A stretch of 56,024 nucleotides of DNA, taken from IMG/VR virus record IMGVR_UViG_3300005336_000008; one strand, given 5' to 3'. Below are positions 49,769-56,024 of the stretch, piece after piece (position 1 is the first letter of the stretch; each line of letters starts with the position of its first letter). A program made the translations under genes and the position numbers. This DNA comes from a virus. The notes beneath the pieces are model-generated. The model ran no database searches, was not told the DNA's origin, and saw only the letters and a program-made list of their open reading frames with translations.

Positions 49769-50434
49769 ATGCCTGAGTTTGGTTCTCCATCTGCAATTCT
49801 AGGTTCATTCGAAGCTATTCCTGAGATTGATATTGATGCTGTTAATTTTGAAGAAGCAGCTATTGCTATCGCTCAGTTAGCAAATTACGTTGATAACGTA
49901 GAAATACCTTTAAGAGCCGTTGTTAGAATTGCAAAGGATGATATCGAAGAGCGTTTCGAGAAAGAGAATGATCCTGATGGAGACGGCTGGTTTGACTTAA
50001 CTCCCGACTACGCCAAAAGGAAACAACGAGAAGTAGGATTTGAGCATCCTATTCTCCAACGAGAAGGTGATCTTAAAGAGAAAGCAACCGATAGAGGGAA
50101 TTGGTCGGTCAGTGGCGAATCAATCTGGTACTCAACTGCAAATTTGCCGGACTATTGGGCAGTTCACCAGTTTGGATCTGCTGACTTCGGGACTGTTTTC
50201 CATCAGATGGCTAATCCCGATCCGAATGCGAAAACAACTGAAGGTGAACAGAATATTCCACCAAGACCTTTTATCGGTATGAGTAAAGAAGCAGAAGCTA
50301 AAGTTCTAGAGTTATTTGATATTTGGTTTAGTTATGGATTAGAAAGAGCTACCAAAGAATTTCATATATCGAGTGTGGGGACTTTACACGTCAGAACTCC
50401 GCTAGGTAGAATTGGTGAAAGAATTCCATTTTAA
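49769..50434 (+). CDS. Virion morphogenesis / head-tail joining protein (Mu gpG- / P2 gpS-like)
   Basis: HQFGS....IPPRPFIGMS is typical of that family. 221 aa. Confidence 0.55.
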   Translation: MPEFGSPSAILGSFEAIPEIDIDAVNFEEAAIAIAQLANYVDNVEIPLRAVVRIAKDDIEERFEKENDPDGDGWFDLTPDYAKRKQREVGFEHPILQREGDLKEKATDRGNWSVSGESIWYSTANLPDYWAVHQFGSADFGTVFHQMANPDPNAKTTEGEQNIPPRPFIGMSKEAEAKVLELFDIWFSYGLERATKEFHISSVGTLHVRTPLGRIGERIPF

Positions 50435-50910
50435 TGGCTCAGTTAATTAATACAATTACTGAAGCTATTGATATGGTGTCAGAGAAGATTGAGGATAAAG
50501 CCGGTGAGTTAGGAATTGCGTATGTTGGAGCGTATGACGAAGTACGAATCCCTAAGTATCCAGCAGTTGTAATTATTCCAGGTGATAGAAACAAGGTACT
50601 TCATGGAGAGAACACTTTTAATATTCTCCTAGTACTCGAGCTTTATGTTTATCACGCTAATCTTACTATGAATAAGCGTGAACGATCTAAAGCTGATTTA
50701 AAGTTAGTTGATGATCTTGAAGCTTTGTTAGAAGAAGATTACGGTTGGCAATCTGATCCTTTAGATACAGATACCAAGAGATTAATCTTCGGATATGTCG
50801 CTGATATTGAACCTGGAAATTTACAACCTCGAAACAGAAAATCAAATCTCGTCATTGGTACGCGAATGGTATGGCGAGGAATATCTCAGCGGAGGTTAAA
50901 AATCGGATGA
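50434..50910 (+). CDS. Neck / tail-completion protein candidate
   Basis: 158-aa ORF with a TAATG junction. The call rests on position. Confidence 0.45.
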   Translation: MAQLINTITEAIDMVSEKIEDKAGELGIAYVGAYDEVRIPKYPAVVIIPGDRNKVLHGENTFNILLVLELYVYHANLTMNKRERSKADLKLVDDLEALLEEDYGWQSDPLDTDTKRLIFGYVADIEPGNLQPRNRKSNLVIGTRMVWRGISQRRLKIG

Positions 50911-51185
50911 ACGTAAAGTTCCACAATCCTGAGTTACCAAAAGATATGGAAGTTGACGTTGGTGGGCTTTGTCTTATCAATGGAAAAACAGTTAAGTTCA
51001 CCGCAGAAGAACTCGAACTTTACGAAGTTCGTCACGAAGGCCAGTCTTTGAAGAGTCGCTTAAGCACAAATCCTTTTGCAGAAGTAGACGGTGTTGCAGG
51101 AAAAGTAAAATATCTTCATCCTGAAAATCAGGTAGAAGAAAGTGAGGCCACATCTGACGAAAAGCCGAAGGAAGGTGATAAGTAA
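50907..51185 (+). CDS. Hypothetical protein. I moved the start to the ATG at 50907.
   Basis: The track gives 50871..51185. The ATG at 50907 has GGAGG upstream and an ATGA overlap with the upstream stop. Confidence 0.5.
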   Translation: MNVKFHNPELPKDMEVDVGGLCLINGKTVKFTAEELELYEVRHEGQSLKSRLSTNPFAEVDGVAGKVKYLHPENQVEESEATSDEKPKEGDK

Positions 51186-52168
51186 TGGCACCAGGGATCG
51201 GAGCAACTAGCTATGTAGGCATTGCTCCTGAAACTACAATGGGTACTTATGTCGCTCCAACGACATTTATTCCCGTTCTTAGAGATACACTTAAGTATAC
51301 CGAATCAAAGTATTATTCACCACAGCTACGACAGCAGGTAGTTGATCCAGAAGTCAAGTCTGGTTATTATCATATCGAGGGCGAAATCGAAATGGAAGTG
51401 GATACTAACGTATTCCTTTACTTCCTTTACGCTTCTCGTCACGCGATTACTAAGACAGGTGCTGGCCCTTACGTTTATAAGTTCGTTCCAACAACTGCTG
51501 GTTCAACTTCAACGGGTGCTGGCCAGGTTCAGAAAACTCTATCAATTACATCAGTACGCAATACTGAGATTTTCGGTTTCAACGGAATGACCGTTTCTCA
51601 GTATGAGTTCACTATTGACAATGGTGTTCTTAAGTGCACAATGTCAATGGTTGGACTCGGCGAAGAAGAGGAAGCACTACCTACACCTACATGGGTTGCA
51701 GCCGATCTACTTGGTGCAGATTCTCATAACGTGTTCACAGGTGCTTCTGGTGTATCTCCTACATTCGCACAGAATGTAAACTTCAATGGTTTCACTTTCT
51801 CTGTAAATCACAATGCAGAAGCACAGAATAGAATCAAGTCACAGAGAAGTGCTAACTACGTTAAATTCGGAAAGACCGACCTAGAAGTTAGATCACAGCT
51901 AGACTTCGTTGATCGTACAGATTACGACAATATGAAGTCTGCTGCAACTCAGGCTATCAAGCTAGAATCTACAGTTGGTGGTGGAGCTTACTCTGCTGCA
52001 ACTGATGGTATCTATCTACAGGCTAACAGAATGGCATTCGACACGTATGATGTTACTGTCGAATCGATCGAGGATATTGTTATGGCTGACTTCGTGGGAC
52101 ATGGCCTTGCACAAGTCGGTGGAGACGCTTATGAAATTGGTGTGAAGTCAGCAATTAGCATTTCGTAA
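51185..52168 (+). CDS. Major tail (tube) protein
   Basis: 327 aa, immediately upstream of the chaperone pair and the tape measure. Confidence 0.65.
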   Translation: MAPGIGATSYVGIAPETTMGTYVAPTTFIPVLRDTLKYTESKYYSPQLRQQVVDPEVKSGYYHIEGEIEMEVDTNVFLYFLYASRHAITKTGAGPYVYKFVPTTAGSTSTGAGQVQKTLSITSVRNTEIFGFNGMTVSQYEFTIDNGVLKCTMSMVGLGEEEEALPTPTWVAADLLGADSHNVFTGASGVSPTFAQNVNFNGFTFSVNHNAEAQNRIKSQRSANYVKFGKTDLEVRSQLDFVDRTDYDNMKSAATQAIKLESTVGGGAYSAATDGIYLQANRMAFDTYDVTVESIEDIVMADFVGHGLAQVGGDAYEIGVKSAISIS

Positions 52169-52207
52169 CAACACAGAAATACAACAGGAGAACAGGAGTA
52201 GTAACAA

Positions 52208-52678
52208 ATGCCCGACGGAACTGTTTCACAGGAAACTTATAAGCGCGAATTAAAGTCACTTCCACCAGATGGGTTCGTTGAACTCAAGATGCTCCCCTAT
52301 TACGATATGCTTGTTCGTCGTGATAAGGGGAGCATCGCGTCTATGGAACAAACTCAGCAGCGCAAGAAGAAGGGTGAACCCGATAGTGCAAAGTTAACCA
52401 TTGAGTCTTTGCAGACTTGGGAACGCGCTTATATGTTTAAGAATTGTATCGTAGACCATAATATTACTGATAAGAAAGGTCAGCTATTAGACTTTCGTAC
52501 TGAAATGGCTCTACATTTACTGCGCCCTGATATTGGTCAGGAAATCGAAAGACTAATTGATGAGCTTCACTCGGAGGATGATCTTGCTGAGGATTTTCCG
52601 ATTGCGCCTACATCATCCTCAGAACAGCCGGATCAGGAACCACATCTGCGGGAGATTACGGATACTCCGATGAGCTAA
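52208..52678 (+). CDS. Tail assembly chaperone (G-like)
   Basis: 156 aa with an acidic C-terminus, directly upstream of the tape measure. A -1 frame extension follows it. Confidence 0.7.
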   Translation: MPDGTVSQETYKRELKSLPPDGFVELKMLPYYDMLVRRDKGSIASMEQTQQRKKKGEPDSAKLTIESLQTWERAYMFKNCIVDHNITDKKGQLLDFRTEMALHLLRPDIGQEIERLIDELHSEDDLAEDFPIAPTSSSEQPDQEPHLREITDTPMS

Positions 52679-52848
52679 TTGAGGAAGTAACACTCTGGAT
52701 GCAAATCTACAGAGTATGTAGAGTGTTCAGAGCACTTCCTTATCCTGGTGGAGTCCTTAATCAGCCAAAACATGCAATCAATCGTTTACTCGCTGTAGGC
52801 GATGCACACGATAAATTTGAATCAGAAGAATTAAAGAATAAAGAATAA
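52208..52848 (+). CDS. Putative -1 frameshift fusion chaperone (GT-like), about 213 aa
   Basis: The -1 frame is open from 52591 to the TAA at 52846..52848, which overlaps the tape-measure ATG. The extension reads ...DELIEEVTLWMQIYRVCRVFRALPYPGGVLNQPKHAINRLLAVGDAHDKFESEELKNKE. Confidence 0.5.
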
Positions 52849-55800
52849 TGGCATTTCGCGGATATGAACTAAACTTGATGTTGCGCGTGCAAGATCGTGC
52901 ATCTTCAAGACTTCGTAGACTCTCTCATGATATTGGGGGAGTAAACCGCGCTGCTCAATTACAAAGAAGTGCAGGAAGATTAGCAACACAGCAAACTCGT
53001 AATCAACTTGATATGACAAAGACTCTTGCACAGCGAGAGGCTTTATTGGCACAACACGGTACAGAAAGACTTGGCACACAGTCTAGATTACTTAGACTTA
53101 AAGCCCAGGAGCTAACATTAACAGATCGCATTAATCGAATGTCTCCTGGACAGATGGTTAGTGCGAGAGGACAGGCATCACTAAAACGATTACAAGCAGT
53201 TCAGAAGGATATCATCCGAACGGAAGAACTTAGACGTATTGCCATTCGCAACAATAACACGGCATTAGCGGATCAGCTTCTTCTTGAACAGCAGATCAAA
53301 CGTGAAATCGAACAGCAAGCCATTGCACAGAGAGCAGCAGAAAAAGCTGCACTCGCACAAAGACGTGCTCGCACATTAACGCATGTTGGGTCAGCAGCAC
53401 TAATTGCTGGTGGGGTTGGAGTTGCTGCTTCCGCAGCAGCCGCAGGTTCTTTCGCAAACTTTAATCGCCTAGCAGTTGGTGCTGCTACTCAGATGCGTGG
53501 TGTAAATGAAGGATTTGAACAAACAGTAAAGATTGCAGGTGTAGTTGAATCAAGTCTATTAGATTTAACTCGCCAGTTCCCTGCGGCAGCGGATGAAATG
53601 GCACAGAGTATTTATGATATTTCATCGGGAATGACATTCCAGATTGATCGAACTTCTCGCTTAACAGAAACGCAGCAAAGATATAATCAATCCTTACGAA
53701 TTCTTAAGCTCGCAAATCAGGTTGCCGTTGCAGGTAATACTGATCTTAATACGGCAACTGATGTTCTCATTACTACATTCAACAACTTTGATCCTGCTGT
53801 TCAACGGCCAATTAAACTTCTTAATGAACTATTCGCAATTGTTAGGTTCGGTAAGGGAACCTTTGCGGAGTTCTCACCTCAAATTGGTAGATTAGCAGCC
53901 AGCGCGAGAGCCGCTGGTCAGACATTAGGAGAAGCAGGTGCAGGACTAGCATTCCTCTCTCAGCGTATGCCTCTGTCCCAGGCAACAACAGCATTAACTA
54001 GAATTTTTCAGGTCATTGGTCGGCCTGAATTTACAGCAGGTTTCGAGCAACTCTTTAAGGTGTCTCCTTTCAAGGAAGGAACGAGGCAGCTTAGAGACTT
54101 GTCAGATTTGATGTTTATTATTGAAAAACAGGGTCCGAAACTTTGGAAGGGCTTTGGAAAAGGCTCTGTAGACCTGCAGAACGTAATTAAGAATATTACT
54201 GCAGCGGGTCAAGATCTTATAAAAGGCACCACAGGTCATACTGGTTTAGTCTCAACAGAGTTCTCACGCAAAGCGATTACTGACTTTATTCTCGGTGGTA
54301 AGGAATATCGTAAAACAGTTCAAGATGTAATTGGGACTCAGGGAGAATTCTTCCGATCACTACAGGCATTCAGAAATCAGCCAGGAGTTCAGTGGCAGAT
54401 TGCGATTAACCAGTTCAAGGCATTTGGAATTGTAATCGGTCAAACTGTTCTACCTGCTATTCTAAGATTCTTTGATGCTATCAATCATTTATTAGATGAG
54501 TTCCGTGATCTAAGTCCGAGAACTCAGAAAATGATTGGACAGTTTGCAGCATACGGATCAATTTTCTTGTTCGTTGGTGGAGCGATTACAAGTGTGCTTG
54601 GTGGTTTAGCAATTCTTACTGTTAGTCTCCGTACGTTAGGAACTACAGTTGGTACAGAACAGGGCACTGGAGTTCTTGGTCGTGTTAGTGGGCTTCGTGT
54701 TGCACTTTCGGGATTAGCCGCAATTGGCGCTATCTCGATCATCCTTAAAACTGCATGGAGTGGTAATGCTACCGCAATGGACTTCATTCAAGGCGCAATG
54801 TTAGGTGCCGCTGCTGGTAGCATTTTCGGGCCAGAAGGCGCAATTATTGGTGGAGTCACAGTTCCTGTTATTATGAAATGGCTTAGTGATCGTAGTAAGC
54901 CAAAGGAAGAACTTGACTATCCACACCAGTTATATGAACAGTACAAGAGCCAGGGCAGATTCAATTTCCGCTGGTTCTGGGAAGCTGGTCCTAAGAACTT
55001 TAGTGGTTTCATGAAGGAATGGAAAGCTGATGTTGCGCGCGGAAAGCAAATCATTGCAAGAGGTCAGAAAGATCTAAATAACTTTACCTTCAAAATCCCC
55101 GGTACCAACAAGAGCGTTTTCCAGAACGCTCTTGTTGTGCCTGCTACAACAGCATTGAATCAGGTAAGTAACAAGAACAAAAACACCACAAATAGTATGC
55201 TTAAGAACTGGCAGGGTCTTGCCACACAGCTTACAGGTCTTGATCTATTTAGTGGTGTAAATCAGCAAATGGCTAATGCTGCCGTTAATGTGCAAACTAA
55301 TCTTGCGCGTGCACTAGCATTAGGGAATACTGCACAACAGCGTGCTGCAATCAATGCACAGATTGAGTCGGATAAGCGACAGGTCGCGAGATTAGAAAAG
55401 ATTCCAGCAGCAAAGCGTACCGCGAATCAGGCTAAAATTCTAATCCAGCTATACAATGATATTACACAACAGCGCGGTAGACTTGAAGCGATGGATAATG
55501 CAGCGGCAGCAGCGCAGACTAAAGCTGCTAATGCAACTAAAAAGCACAACGCAGAACTTGAACGTCATAAAAAAGCGATTGAACGAGCTAACAATGCATA
55601 CAAAACTGCCGAACGTAGAGTGGATGCACTCAAACTTAAGTTCAAGCAACTTAAGGAACAATCACTAGATCAGCTTAGAAGTGCATTCGGTGATATCTTT
55701 GGTGGACCCTTTATGCAAGGTCCCATTGGACAAGCCTTTACGGGAATCGCTAGCACACTAGCTGGATTTGGTAAGACGTTCCCTATTCCGGCACAGTTCA

Positions 55801-56024
55801 TCTTACAGGATCAACAGATTCAAAAATCCAACTTTGAGCAGCTAACCAAAGATCTTACTTTCTTGCAGAAGCGTGGTGTTGATCCAAAAACAATTCAAAA
55901 CATTTTAGGTCAGGGAAGTGCTGCATTGCCATTCTTAGAAGGAATCCGACAAGGTACTCCAAAACAACAAAATGAGTTTATCAAGAATCTTAAAGGCAGA
56001 AATGCTGCACTTCTTGATGCTTTG
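52848..56024 (+). CDS. Tape measure protein, N-terminal 1059 codons. It continues at 1..399 through the circular junction.
   Basis: The frame is open from the ATG at 52848 to the window end, so there is no stop and the ORF is absent from the track. The sequence is a helical MAFRGYELNLMLRVQDRASSRL... followed by hydrophobic GAALIAGGVGVAASAAAAG segments. Confidence 0.85.
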   Translation, partial: MAFRGYELNLMLRVQDRASSRLRRLSHDIGGVNRAAQLQRSAGRLATQQTRNQLDMTKTLAQREALLAQHGTERLGTQSRLLRLKAQELTLTDRINRMSPGQMVSARGQASLKRLQAVQKDIIRTEELRRIAIRNNNTALADQLLLEQQIKREIEQQAIAQRAAEKAALAQRRARTLTHVGSAALIAGGVGVAASAAAAGSFANFNRLAVGAATQMRGVNEGFEQTVKIAGVVESSLLDLTRQFPAAADEMAQSIYDISSGMTFQIDRTSRLTETQQRYNQSLRILKLANQVAVAGNTDLNTATDVLITTFNNFDPAVQRPIKLLNELFAIVRFGKGTFAEFSPQIGRLAASARAAGQTLGEAGAGLAFLSQRMPLSQATTALTRIFQVIGRPEFTAGFEQLFKVSPFKEGTRQLRDLSDLMFIIEKQGPKLWKGFGKGSVDLQNVIKNITAAGQDLIKGTTGHTGLVSTEFSRKAITDFILGGKEYRKTVQDVIGTQGEFFRSLQAFRNQPGVQWQIAINQFKAFGIVIGQTVLPAILRFFDAINHLLDEFRDLSPRTQKMIGQFAAYGSIFLFVGGAITSVLGGLAILTVSLRTLGTTVGTEQGTGVLGRVSGLRVALSGLAAIGAISIILKTAWSGNATAMDFIQGAMLGAAAGSIFGPEGAIIGGVTVPVIMKWLSDRSKPKEELDYPHQLYEQYKSQGRFNFRWFWEAGPKNFSGFMKEWKADVARGKQIIARGQKDLNNFTFKIPGTNKSVFQNALVVPATTALNQVSNKNKNTTNSMLKNWQGLATQLTGLDLFSGVNQQMANAAVNVQTNLARALALGNTAQQRAAINAQIESDKRQVARLEKIPAAKRTANQAKILIQLYNDITQQRGRLEAMDNAAAAAQTKAANATKKHNAELERHKKAIERANNAYKTAERRVDALKLKFKQLKEQSLDQLRSAFGDIFGGPFMQGPIGQAFTGIASTLAGFGKTFPIPAQFILQDQQIQKSNFEQLTKDLTFLQKRGVDPKTIQNILGQGSAALPFLEGIRQGTPKQQNEFIKNLKGRNAALLDAL
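55905..56024. repeat. Terminal 120-bp direct repeat, identical to 1..120
   Basis: Exact match by direct comparison. Confidence 0.95.

Noticed and set aside
52831-55668. Short ORFs in the track within 52831..55668 (52831..53079, 54524..54787, 55449..55661 and 55456..55668)
   Set aside because: All of them lie inside the long open tape-measure frame that starts at 52848. That frame was not reported because it has no stop before the window end.
1-56024. Lysogeny module (integrase, CI-like repressor, attP) or a partition system
   Set aside because: I recognised no tyrosine or serine recombinase motifs and no ParA/ParB-like proteins in any frame. The HTH protein at 24361..24771 alone is not evidence for temperate growth.

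Overview
The window is a complete, circularly closed dsDNA tailed-phage genome. Bases 1..120 are identical to 55905..56024, so the unique length is 55,904 bp, and the tape-measure gene runs across that junction. The genome has two arms.

The plus-strand late arm runs from 37912, across the junction, to 9276. It encodes a fibre-like accessory cluster, terL, portal, an S49 protease-scaffold, the capsid, neck and tail tube. It then encodes a chaperone with a -1 frame extension, the tape measure, tail tip proteins, a 1371-aa fibre and a lysis cassette.

The minus-strand early/middle arm runs from 37695 down to 9445. It holds many small genes behind sigma70-like promoters and the replication and nucleotide genes: an SNF2 helicase, a dCMP deaminase, a Cas4-like nuclease, a Sak4-like ATPase, a DUF669-like protein, a primase-helicase, MazG, a DUF5664-like protein and a PolA with a UDG-like N-terminus. 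Its distal end is an accessory block with a YpsA/SLOG protein, a RuvC-like resolvase, a metallophosphoesterase, a secreted GH114 hydrolase and tRNA-Leu(UAA).

I found no integrase, repressor, CRISPR array or methyltransferase.

The features most worth follow-up are:
- a 743-bp ORF-free, hairpin-dense locus (29871..30613)
- a two-copy hairpin family whose stems covary (30212..30322 and 35349..35446)
- two roughly 70% identical, apparently highly expressed 123-125-aa paralogs flanked by these structures
- a standalone SLOG protein next to a phosphoesterase, which could be an immune-signal sponge/degrader pair
- a 796-aa protein with about 29 tandem 18/20-residue repeats, sitting in a fibre-like cluster upstream of terL
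- three predicted exported enzymes.

All functional calls come from motif recognition by eye. No database search was run.
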